The position numbers and the translations under genes were made by a program. This document shows positions 1 through 6,829 of a stretch of 33,626 nt of DNA, in pieces. The DNA is taken from the IMG/VR virus record IMGVR_UViG_3300033487_000029, positions 1 to 33,626 of that record; one strand, written 5' to 3'. The stretch is from a virus. Taxonomy: Duplodnaviria; Caudoviricetes. The notes under the pieces are model-generated. The model saw only the letters and a program-made list of their open reading frames with translations, was not told the origin of the DNA and ran no database searches. Every line of letters begins with the position of its first letter. The stretch's first letter is position 1.

Positions 1-345
1 CCCCGCCCCGCCCCCGTCCCCGTCCCCGGACCCGGACCCGGACCCGGCCCCGGACCCGTACCAGTCCCCGTACCCGTCCCCGTACCCGGACCCGGACCCG
101 GACCCGTCCCCGTACCCGTACCCGTACCCGTTCCCGGACCCGGACCCGTACCCGTACCCGTACCCGTTCCCGGACCCGGACCCGTACCCGTACCCGTCCC
201 CGTTCCCGTACCCGTACCCGTCCCCGTCCCCGTACCCGTACCCGTCCCCGTCCCCGTACCCGTCCCCGTCCCCGTCCCCGTCCCCGGACCCGGACCCGGA
301 CCCGGACCCGGACCCGTACCCGGACCCGGACCCGTTCCCGTACCC
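1..345. repeat. Hexamer tandem repeat (minus strand GGG-TAC/TCC/GAC/AAC)
   Basis: Directly visible ccc-gta/gga/gtc/gtt units on the + strand. Confidence 0.95.
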
Positions 346-351
346 AGTCAC
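1..351 (-). CDS. Glycine-rich (Gly-X)n repeat protein, X mostly Y/S/D/N; runs off the left edge
   Basis: GTG at 351-349 overlaps the TGA of the upstream gene (GTGA). It reads MTGYGNGSGSGYG... with no stop down to base 1. Not in the ORF track because it is open-ended. Confidence 0.8.
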   Translation of the reverse strand, partial: MTGYGNGSGSGYGSGSGSGSGSGDGDGDGDGYGDGDGYGYGDGDGYGYGNGDGYGYGSGSGNGYGYGYGSGSGNGYGYGYGDGSGSGSGYGDGYGDWYGSGAGSGSGSGDGDGGGAG

Positions 352-644
352 GCCAGCCACGATGCACCGTCCAGGTTCGATACAGCGGCGTCAGTGCAGG
401 GAATGACTTCGATCGCCTCGGTCAGCGTGATCTCGGACACGGTCTCTGATACCCGAGATCCCGGGCCTACTCCCCGCATAGAGATTTCGTGCAGGGTATT
501 CGCTCCCTTCCAACTCCAGATCCTTCGAGCCTTCGAGAGCACGCACTCCTTCCCTTTGCGTGATACAAGGCGCCCGTAGTGCACACCAGCGCTGTAGGTT
601 CGGACGATGACTGCGGGACACTTCTTCTCGGTTGTCTTCTTCAC
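348..644 (-). CDS. DUF6948-like phage protein
   Basis: VIVRTYSAGVHYGRL...ARRIWSWKGANTLHEIS...EAIEVIPCT resembles the DUF6948 family as I recall it, which usually sits beside Gly-rich repeat genes. Likely start is GTG 644 with GGAGG 9 nt upstream. Confidence 0.75.
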   Translation of the reverse strand: MKKTTEKKCPAVIVRTYSAGVHYGRLVSRKGKECVLSKARRIWSWKGANTLHEISMRGVGPGSRVSETVSEITLTEAIEVIPCTDAAVSNLDGASWLA

Positions 645-744
645 GTTTTGCTTCCTCCATAAATTCCCGGGAAGGCCAATCCTTCCCGGTAGACACAATC
701 TCCCTACCCTCTCACGCAGCCGGCAGGGTTCGTGCCAGAACTCG

Positions 745-1155
745 TCATCCCGCGACCTGTAGCTGACTCGGCGCGATCGTCGAAAGCAGCCGTCCGACCT
801 CTTCCGCTGCGGCCAGAATCACCTTGCCAGCAACAGGCTTCCCCGCACGGTCTCGGCCATCACTCGTCTGTGAAACGTAGGCCGGATGGTTCTCGAGCCA
901 TCGTCGCAGGTCGTGGAGGTTGTGCAGCGCGCTTTCGGCAAGCTGGCCGGCGTCCTTAGCAATCCTTTCCTCGCTCGCGTTGCACTTGAGGCCGATCTTG
1001 ATCGACTGGACTGCGGTTCCGATCGAGAGATCGATCAGTCTTAGGTCGCGGCCGGGTACATCGCTTATGTCGGTGTTGGCCAGGAGCTCCGACAGCGCGA
1101 CAGTGCATTTCGACAGTACATTGATCAGCTCAACCGCCTTCGACATTGCCGTCAT
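745..1155 (-). CDS. Hypothetical protein (136 aa, predicted helical)
   Basis: ATG with AGGAG RBS; same orientation as the leftward operon. Confidence 0.7.
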   Translation of the reverse strand: MTAMSKAVELINVLSKCTVALSELLANTDISDVPGRDLRLIDLSIGTAVQSIKIGLKCNASEERIAKDAGQLAESALHNLHDLRRWLENHPAYVSQTSDGRDRAGKPVAGKVILAAAEEVGRLLSTIAPSQLQVAG

Positions 1156-1434
1156 GGTGTGTCTCCTATCCTCGAACCGTTTCGCGTGGGAACGCCAACA
1201 GAAATTGAATGTGCGCCTGGGTCAGAATGAGCCGGTCTACGTCGAGTGCCGTACCGGCCACCTGCTCGGCCGTGATCTCGGTCAGAACTTGCGCATGGTG
1301 TGCCTCCTATCCCCGCACCGTTTCGCGAGGGAATGCCAACAGAAACTGGATATGCGCCTGGGTCAGAATGAGCCGGTCCACGTCGAGTGCCGTACCGGCC
1401 ACCTGCTCGGCTGTGATCTCGGTCAGGACCTGAG
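1153..1434. repeat. 141-bp imperfect tandem duplication (1153-1293 / 1294-1434)
   Basis: Direct alignment gives 13 substitutions and no indels. Confidence 0.95.
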
Positions 1435-1480
1435 CTAGGAACTGGCGCCATTGCAGGACCGGCAGAACAAAAATCTTCAC
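1307..1480 (-). CDS. Hypothetical protein (57 aa, MKIFVLPVLQW...ETVRG)
   Basis: GTG start with GGAGG RBS; GTGA overlap with the upstream ORF; synonymous-only divergence from its duplicate. Confidence 0.7.
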   Translation of the reverse strand: MKIFVLPVLQWRQFLAQVLTEITAEQVAGTALDVDRLILTQAHIQFLLAFPRETVRG

Positions 1481-1572
1481 GGTCGCCCCCTCCGATCGAT
1501 CAGCAACTCGTAGGCACACCACGCAATCAACGCGATTCCAATCCAGATGAACCAATTGTCATACCAGGTCAT
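1477..1572 (-). CDS. 31-aa single-pass membrane peptide (MTWYDNWFIWIGIALIAWCAYELLIDRRGRP)
   Basis: Manual translation; 4-nt stop/start overlaps with both neighbours; hydrophobic core with basic tail. Confidence 0.7.
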   Translation of the reverse strand: MTWYDNWFIWIGIALIAWCAYELLIDRRGRP

Positions 1573-1802
1573 AGCATCCCCTCGTAGCAGGTTCCGGCAT
1601 GGCAGGCCAGGTCGCGCACTGACTGGCCAATTATTCTCGAAAAGTGCGCGAGCGCGACAGCAAACGATCCTGAAGCTTGGCCAGCCTTTTGGGATTCATA
1701 TGGCGCCATCGCGAGCGACACATAGATCTCTTCAAGCGGCCGAAGCTTTTTCCCGCAGCGGGCGCAGATGGCGTGGTCGTCGTCTTGGGCTAGGTGCGTC
1801 AT
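1569..1802 (-). CDS. Small putative Zn-binding protein (CxxC...CHxxxC)
   Basis: ATGA-coupled to both neighbours; Cys/His motif. Confidence 0.65.
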   Translation of the reverse strand: MTHLAQDDDHAICARCGKKLRPLEEIYVSLAMAPYESQKAGQASGSFAVALAHFSRIIGQSVRDLACHAGTCYEGML

Positions 1803-2161
1803 CTCGTTCCCGCCATTTCTCGCGCCATCTCAAAGGCGCGCTTCCATCCGACATACCGCCTGATTGCGATTCGGAGTCCGGACTGCCCGTCCCGGATCAA
1901 ATCCAGAGCCCGGCACGGTTTCCCGGCGCGCATCCGGTCTACGAGAGCCCGGACGATGCGCTCCGTGTTCCACTTCCCGCGGGCGTTGTGCTTTGTGGTC
2001 GTCCTCTTGTGACCGCTCAGGATGTTGCGTGGCTCCGTCTCGCCCCAGCCCTCAGCAATCAGCCGGTCCAGCTCGGCCATGCGCGCAGCTCCATCCGCGT
2101 AGTACCCGGAGCCGCGAAGGTCGAAGTCTTTATAGCTGGGGTCGAACGCGCGGGCTAGCAT
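1799..2161 (-). CDS. Hypothetical basic protein (120 aa), first gene of the leftward operon
   Basis: ATG with AAGGA RBS, downstream of the leftward promoter. Confidence 0.65.
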   Translation of the reverse strand: MLARAFDPSYKDFDLRGSGYYADGAARMAELDRLIAEGWGETEPRNILSGHKRTTTKHNARGKWNTERIVRALVDRMRAGKPCRALDLIRDGQSGLRIAIRRYVGWKRAFEMAREMAGTR

Positions 2162-2197
2162 GAAGTTTGATCCTTTTCGACGATCAACACAAGAGCG

Positions 2198-2226
2198 ACG
2201 CTACCATCACGCAGCGGCGCTGTCAA
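2198..2226 (-). promoter_or_regulatory. Leftward sigma70-type promoter
   Basis: TTGACA (2226-2221), 17-nt spacer, TG-extended TAGCGT (2203-2198). Confidence 0.7.
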
Positions 2227-2248
2227 GGGGTCCTCTTGAATTCCGCAC

Positions 2249-2277
2249 TTGACATCTGCGATCGGTGCTGTCATCAT
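2249..2277 (+). promoter_or_regulatory. Rightward sigma70-type promoter (probably gives a leaderless transcript)
   Basis: TTGACA 2249-2254, 17-nt spacer, TG-extended CATCAT 2272-2277; ATG at 2285 has no RBS. Confidence 0.65.
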
Positions 2278-2284
2278 ACAGCGC

Positions 2285-2494
2285 ATGGACCCAAGAGGAC
2301 CAAAACTGCTGGACCGCTACCTCAAAAGACACGACGAAAGTCAGCGCGCGTTCGAGCGCAGAATCAAAGTGAAGCCGGGGACGGTGTGCCGGTACATCAG
2401 CAAGGTTCGATCCCCGGGAGGGCGTCGAGCCTCCATCATGGATGAGGCTACGGGCGGAGAAGTCCCCTACAGAAGTTGGTGGTCTACGAGGTAG
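2285..2494 (+). CDS. Cro/YdaS-like HTH transcriptional regulator
   Basis: 69 aa; SQRAFERRIKVKPGTVCRYISKVRSP HTH pattern and ...IMDEATGGEV tail typical of Cro-like proteins. Confidence 0.8.
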   Translation: MDPRGPKLLDRYLKRHDESQRAFERRIKVKPGTVCRYISKVRSPGGRRASIMDEATGGEVPYRSWWSTR

Positions 2495-2497
2495 CGC

Positions 2498-2815
2498 ATG
2501 GATCTCGAGACGATCCAGGTCGACCGAGCGGACGCCCAGATGCTGGAGTCGCGTTGCTGGCGTCTACCTAGGAATCACCACGACAAGGACACCTGGGACG
2601 TGAAATCAGACCATCCGGTCCAGCTCCCCACCATCCGTGAACACTGCATGGGCTGCGGGAAGAAACGGAAGCGCAGTAAGTTTCAACTCTATTGCAACTC
2701 GTGCGGATTTCGAATTCGACGAACAGGAACGTACGAGGGCCCGCAAGACTTCTTGGTGTGGAAGCTTGGCAGGAAGACACGAGTAAGCGACATCGTCAAC
2801 CATGAGGAAACATGA
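2498..2815 (+). CDS. Hypothetical Zn-ribbon protein (CMGC...CNSC)
   Basis: GAGG RBS; two CxxC motifs. Confidence 0.6.
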   Translation: MDLETIQVDRADAQMLESRCWRLPRNHHDKDTWDVKSDHPVQLPTIREHCMGCGKKRKRSKFQLYCNSCGFRIRRTGTYEGPQDFLVWKLGRKTRVSDIVNHEET

Positions 2816-2998
2816 CCCGGACCCGACAACGGGAAAACGCGGAGTTTTCGGCTACCTTTCTCCGCTACAGTCTCCAACCGGCCCCGCGGCTCGCCGGTGA
2901 TTGTCGGGAGAGCGAAACAAGTCTGGCGGACCCGGTCCCCAAGGCCGACCGCTCGCGAGATCAGACCTGGCCGGCAAAGCGTGAGGCCGGCATTTTAC

Positions 2999-3070
2999 TG
3001 CGGGGTGGTCCAGTGGTAGGTCGTCGGCCCCATAAGCCGAAAAACGCCGGTTCGATTCCGGCCCCCGCAA
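2999..3070 (+). tRNA. tRNA with CAT anticodon, initiator(fMet)-like body with atypical features
   Basis: Cloverleaf: acceptor TGCGGGG/CCCCGCA, D-loop AGTGGTA, anticodon stem TCGGC/GCCGA with loop CCCATAA, T-arm GCCGG-TTCGATT-CCGGC; no encoded CCA. Confidence 0.85.
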
Positions 3071-3098
3071 TTACACGCCGTGAACTGGAGTCTCGGCC

Positions 3099-3539
3099 AT
3101 GACCTATCTCGTGATTACTCTCGTCGTCATCGCCGTCGCAGCGCTCGTCGCCTGGGACCTCTGGCGCAGCAAAAGGAAGAAGACCGCGCCGAGGGCTGAC
3201 TTCTGGATCAGGTTGGTGGGACTCCAGGCTGCGCAATTCGGGACGCTCATCACGGCCGACGGCATGTCAATAGCACAGTTGGTGGACCACATTGAAGCCT
3301 TTGTTGGCCAAAAACTCACCCCCGTGGTCGTGGTCGTCCGACCCAATCCGATCAAGCTGCCAACCGGCGGAATCGCAGCCGGTGTCTACCACTCGACGAA
3401 GAAGGGCTGGGACCACGCGTGGATCGAGATCTACTCGTGGGCCGCGCTGGCGCATGAGCTGCTCCACCACGCGAGCGGGCTCGAAGACACGCCGGAGTTC
3501 CGGGAGCTCTACAAGCGATTTCAGATGAGGACGAAATGA
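3099..3539 (+). CDS. Membrane-anchored HExxH (zincin-like) protein
   Basis: N-terminal TM helix plus basic patch; ALAHELLHH motif; GGAG RBS. Confidence 0.7.
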   Translation: MTYLVITLVVIAVAALVAWDLWRSKRKKTAPRADFWIRLVGLQAAQFGTLITADGMSIAQLVDHIEAFVGQKLTPVVVVVRPNPIKLPTGGIAAGVYHSTKKGWDHAWIEIYSWAALAHELLHHASGLEDTPEFRELYKRFQMRTK

Positions 3540-4105
3540 AGAAGATCCCTTGCCTGTTCGAACGCGATTTCTCAGACCGACAACGGCCTGTCCTGCTCGA
3601 TAAGGTGACACCTGGATGCGAATGGGTGCTAGCCGGGGGAGGTGTCGCCACCCGGAAGTGGGATGGAACGGCTTGCGCCATCATCGGTGGCCGACTCTAT
3701 GCGCGGCTGGACTGCAAGCGCGGGAAGGTTCCGCCCCCCGACGCCATTCCCTGCTCTGATCCCGACCCTGTCACTGGACATTGGCCGCACTGGGTGTTGG
3801 CGGATCGTCCGGAAGACCGGTGGATTCGGGAGGCACGCGACAACTGGGCCGGGACTCTGCTTGACGGAACCTATGAGGCGATCGGTCCCAAGATCGGGAC
3901 AAACCATGAGGGCGCCTCGGATCACTTCCTTCGACGCCACGGTGATCAGGTGATCGAAGACTGCCCGCGGGACTTCGAGGGACTCCGATCTTTCTTGGGC
4001 GCTGCGGAGATCGAGGGGATCGTCTTCCACCACCCAGACGGCCGCATGGTGAAGATACGGCGTGATGACTACGGGTTCAAGTGGCCGCTTAAGGGGACGA
4101 AATGA
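3536..4105 (+). CDS. DUF5565 / RLIG1(C12orf29)-like ATP-dependent RNA ligase
   Basis: MKKIPCLF start, motif I TRKWDGT, GHWPHW, GTYEAIGPKI, motif IV IEGIVFH, motif V MVKI; recognised by eye. Confidence 0.75.
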   Translation: MKKIPCLFERDFSDRQRPVLLDKVTPGCEWVLAGGGVATRKWDGTACAIIGGRLYARLDCKRGKVPPPDAIPCSDPDPVTGHWPHWVLADRPEDRWIREARDNWAGTLLDGTYEAIGPKIGTNHEGASDHFLRRHGDQVIEDCPRDFEGLRSFLGAAEIEGIVFHHPDGRMVKIRRDDYGFKWPLKGTK

Positions 4106-4344
4106 CTACCACTAGGGACGACATCAAAACCCTTACGATGCAGTTGCTGTCTCAGGCTCTACTGTATGTTCTTGCGAACACTGGGTGTGTAGATGGGTTT
4201 TTGTATGGTTTTTCTTTTGGCCTCCTATTTGTGTGGCAGTTGTGCTTTCTGAAGCGCATTTATGTTGACATCCGGGCGCTCCTTGCCGTGGAGAAGGAGC
4301 TGACTCGGGCCAAGATCCAGGCACAGAAATGGGGAACACGATGA
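4102..4344 (+). CDS. Small membrane protein (about 2 TM), AT-richer than its surroundings
   Basis: ATGA-coupled; hydrophobic segments. Confidence 0.65.
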   Translation: MTTTRDDIKTLTMQLLSQALLYVLANTGCVDGFLYGFSFGLLFVWQLCFLKRIYVDIRALLAVEKELTRAKIQAQKWGTR

Positions 4345-4502
4345 GCGTTCTGTTGGTAATTGCCGCGATCGTTGGCTGTTGGTGCCTTGGTCTACTCCTA
4401 GGGTGGGCGCTGGAGATGTCAGACGAAGCGCAACGTCAACGCCGGATCAAAGACGCGAGGTTGCTGCGGAACTCAATTGAGGGGCCGGAGGACAAGCCGT
4501 GA
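4341..4502 (+). CDS. 53-aa single-pass membrane protein (MSVLLVIAAIVGCWCLGLLLGWAL...)
   Basis: Manual translation; 4-nt overlaps on both sides. Confidence 0.65.
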   Translation: MSVLLVIAAIVGCWCLGLLLGWALEMSDEAQRQRRIKDARLLRNSIEGPEDKP

Positions 4503-4591
4503 GCGACAGGGCCGCCGACAAAATCTGTAGCACTTTGGTGTTCCTGTTCTTCATGACCGTTTTCCTACACGCATGTTTTGGGTGGCCATGA
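4499..4591 (+). CDS. 30-aa membrane peptide (MSDRAADKICSTLVFLFFMTVFLHACFGWP)
   Basis: GTG with GGAGG RBS; overlaps the upstream stop and the downstream ATG. Confidence 0.65.
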   Translation: MSDRAADKICSTLVFLFFMTVFLHACFGWP

Positions 4592-5142
4592 TCACCTTCA
4601 CCGTCCCCGGGAAGCCCTGCAGCAAGAACGAGACCCACGAACCCCGGAAAGGGAAGGGCGGAAAAGTCCGGCTCTCGGACGCGGCTCAAGACTTCTGGGC
4701 GCGGGTCCAATGTGCTGCGGTCCAAGCCATCGGACACGAGCGGTGCCCGCTGTCACGTAACGTCGCGGTGGTGGTGACGAGCCATTTCACACGTGACGCG
4801 GACTGCGGCGCCTCGATCGCGCTCGTCAAGGATGCGCTGCAGGGAATCGTCTATCGCAACGACAAATGCGTTGTCTTCGAGGCAAGCTGGAAGGGGGCTC
4901 CAGACCGAGATAACCCCCGGACAGAGGTATCAGTCTACCAGGTCGACTTGACTGCGGGGATGGTGCACGTTCTGATACCGGCCGATTGTGCGGTAGAGTT
5001 GCCGAGCTTGGAGAAGATGCGGCGAACCGGCGAGAAGCCTCCGAAGTTTGTTTCCTCGAGGCGCGACTATCGAGGCTCCTCCGCCTGGGAAGACGCCCAT
5101 GAGCCGCTTCCAGTCCCGGGACGATATCCGGACGGGATGTGA
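4588..5142 (+). CDS. rusA: RusA-like Holliday junction resolvase (divergent active site, C-terminal extension)
   Basis: ITFTVPGKPCSKN N-terminus, ...VKDALQGIVYRNDKCV..., PRTEVSV. Confidence 0.7.
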   Translation: MITFTVPGKPCSKNETHEPRKGKGGKVRLSDAAQDFWARVQCAAVQAIGHERCPLSRNVAVVVTSHFTRDADCGASIALVKDALQGIVYRNDKCVVFEASWKGAPDRDNPRTEVSVYQVDLTAGMVHVLIPADCAVELPSLEKMRRTGEKPPKFVSSRRDYRGSSAWEDAHEPLPVPGRYPDGM

Positions 5143-5153
5143 TCCCGTTTTTT
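5132..5153 (+). terminator. Rho-independent terminator
   Basis: ACGGGAT-GTG-ATCCCGT followed by a T-run, at the end of the rightward operon. Confidence 0.7.
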
Positions 5154-5258
5154 GAATCGGCCAATTTTCCCCAGCCCTGCTAGGTTTCCGAAAGAAACCG
5201 GATTGATTTTTCGTGGCTCACCGCGAGTCACGTCTGACCGCTTTACCCAAGATCGGTC

Positions 5259-5573
5259 CTAGTCCCAGTCCGTATCGGTGCGAAGACGAAGATCGCGAGC
5301 CATCTCGGCCTCTGTGTTTCGATCGCAATCGACTGGAGGCGCGGTGCCGGTACACGCCTCGAGGATTTGGCGAGCTCGAGCAGCCGGATCGTTCCCGAGC
5401 TGGGTCAGGGTGTACGGCGAGACTGTTACCCGCAGCGGCACCCGTCCACTCGGCCTAGGTCCTCGAGGTCCAAGCGGGGAGAGGCCCACGCCTCGTTCGC
5501 GCTGGGACCTGTGACCTGTGCATAGGCCACGGCTCACTGCGTGGTGATGGCATCCGTCATATCTGCACTGCAT
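5259..5573 (-). CDS. Zn-finger (C-x4-C-x9-C-x2-H) protein, possibly DNA-binding
   Basis: CRYDGC...GLCTGH motif; GGAGG RBS. Confidence 0.7.
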   Translation of the reverse strand: MQCRYDGCHHHAVSRGLCTGHRSQRERGVGLSPLGPRGPRPSGRVPLRVTVSPYTLTQLGNDPAARARQILEACTGTAPPVDCDRNTEAEMARDLRLRTDTDWD

Positions 5574-5582
5574 GTGTACCTC

Positions 5583-5747
5583 CTATAGGTCGCACTCTTC
5601 GCAGTACTCACCCTTCCGGGCCCGCTGGACTTTTTCGCAGTCTGTGAGCGGCGCCTGATCTAATGCCTCGCGGAAATGACGGTCACAATAAGTGTGTCTA
5701 GTCGATCCAGGTGTGTCCTCTATGATCACTTGTGTCGCTGGTGTCAT
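5583..5747 (-). CDS. 54-aa putative Zn-binding protein (CxxH...CxxC)
   Basis: ATG 5747 after GAGGG; YCDRH and YCEEC. Confidence 0.65.
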   Translation of the reverse strand: MTPATQVIIEDTPGSTRHTYCDRHFREALDQAPLTDCEKVQRARKGEYCEECDL

Positions 5748-5835
5748 CGTCGTCTTTCCCTCCCCGGCTTTCGCCGCTTCGCTCCCCAGTAGAGAGCGGA
5801 GCCGCGGGGCGATCCGGAGATCGCCCGGGGGTGAA

Positions 5836-6069
5836 TTACTGGGCCTCCTTGATTCGTTCGACAATAGCGGGACGTTTACCCCTCCAGCAGAGCTGACCGC
5901 ACTCGTCCACAAAAGCCTCGGGCGTCTCCTTGGGATCGTAGCTGTAGACGATCCGCGGAACCGGCAGGCTCTTGCTCTTGCGGTTTCCTCCCGCTTTTCT
6001 CGCGTTGTTTGCGGCGGTCAGGACCGTATCACCACAGCCCCAATAGTCGGGGATCAGCACGATGTACAT
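5836..6069 (-). CDS. Hypothetical protein (77 aa)
   Basis: GGAG RBS; member of the leftward small-gene array. Confidence 0.7.
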   Translation of the reverse strand: MYIVLIPDYWGCGDTVLTAANNARKAGGNRKSKSLPVPRIVYSYDPKETPEAFVDECGQLCWRGKRPAIVERIKEAQ

Positions 6070-6095
6070 ACTCCACTCCTTGTCCGGGCTCCACT

Positions 6096-6152
6096 GCCCG
6101 CAGGAATCTCCGACCGTTCGGCGACTCCTGTAGGCGCCCCCGGGTGGGGGCG
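6096..6152. repeat. Intergenic double-hairpin element, copy A
   Basis: GCCCGCAGG...CCTGTAGGC plus CGCCCCC-gggt-GGGGGCG; shares TCCTGTAGGCGCCCC with copy B. Confidence 0.8.
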
Positions 6153-6159
6153 GAGAGAA

Positions 6160-6456
6160 CTACCGGGCGAAGTCACCTCGCAGGTAAGCGATCCGGAGGG
6201 CCGTCCCTTCGGGGGTGCTAAGCTTGAGGTCCGCAGCCTGGCCGGCGCGGACTCCGGCGTCCCAGCGCGCCGCCACCTCGGCGGTCGTGTAGATGCCGGA
6301 CCGGATCGGGCCATTGCCGTGGTCCGTACAGGCATCGCACTCGCAGTACGGATGATGCGCGTGCACAACCCTGCAGGGTACGCCAGCAGCGCTGAACAGC
6401 TCGAGGGCGCGCTTGTCGGCTACATCATCGTTCGGTTGGGGGATCAGGGTCGTCAT
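6160..6456 (-). CDS. Hypothetical protein (98 aa; HHPYCECDAC metal-binding-like motif)
   Basis: GAGGAG RBS; flanked by the structured repeats. Confidence 0.7.
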   Translation of the reverse strand: MTTLIPQPNDDVADKRALELFSAAGVPCRVVHAHHPYCECDACTDHGNGPIRSGIYTTAEVAARWDAGVRAGQAADLKLSTPEGTALRIAYLRGDFAR

Positions 6457-6486
6457 GGTCTCTCTCCTCTCGGGTCCGTCTCTCTG

Positions 6487-6544
6487 GCCCGCAGGGTCCT
6501 CGGAGCACCTCCGGAGATCCTGTAGGCGCCCCTGTGGAGGGGCG
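6487..6544. repeat. Intergenic double-hairpin element, copy B
   Basis: GCCCGCAGG...CCTGTAGGC plus CGCCCCT-gtgg-AGGGGCG. Confidence 0.8.
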
Positions 6545-6549
6545 AAGGG

Positions 6550-6810
6550 CTACACGTACTGGAGATCCCACACCTTGTGCTCACCCTTGGTCCCGCGCTC
6601 GCCCCAGGAGGCTACGATCGTCTCTTCGGCGTCGTCCTCGGCGCAGGCGACGCCTGTGTCGTAGTCCTCGCCGGTGTCGGCATGGCGGCACCGGATCGTG
6701 CCCATCGGATTTGTCACGACGCTCGACTGAACGGACTGCCAATACAGCTCGCCACGCTGAGCCGGCTCCGTGTCAAGGGCGATCGTGGCAATGATTTTTG
6801 GGGTCGTCAT
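6550..6810 (-). CDS. Hypothetical acidic protein (86 aa, MTTPKII...)
   Basis: GAGGAG RBS; 23-bp RBS/start region identical to that of 6160-6456. Confidence 0.7.
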   Translation of the reverse strand: MTTPKIIATIALDTEPAQRGELYWQSVQSSVVTNPMGTIRCRHADTGEDYDTGVACAEDDAEETIVASWGERGTKGEHKVWDLQYV

Positions 6811-6829
6811 GGTCTCTCTCCTCAGGGGT

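Noticed and set aside
1-345. CRISPR array or telomere-like repeat
   Set aside because: Continuous hexamers with no spacers; reads as an in-frame Gly-X ORF coupled to the upstream gene
1153-1434. Diversity-generating retroelement TR/VR pair (tempting because the virion module is BPP-1-like)
   Set aside because: Mismatches are not adenine-specific on either strand and are synonymous; no reverse transcriptase in the window
920-1438. 172-aa plus-strand ORF with an internal repeat
   Set aside because: Repeat differences are non-synonymous in this frame but synonymous on the minus strand
2812-3102. 96-aa ORF
   Set aside because: Runs through the tRNA and has no protein-like features, although its ATGA overlaps mean it cannot be fully excluded
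6096-6544. Integron attC sites
   Set aside because: No RYYYAAC/GTTRRRY ends and no integrase in the window
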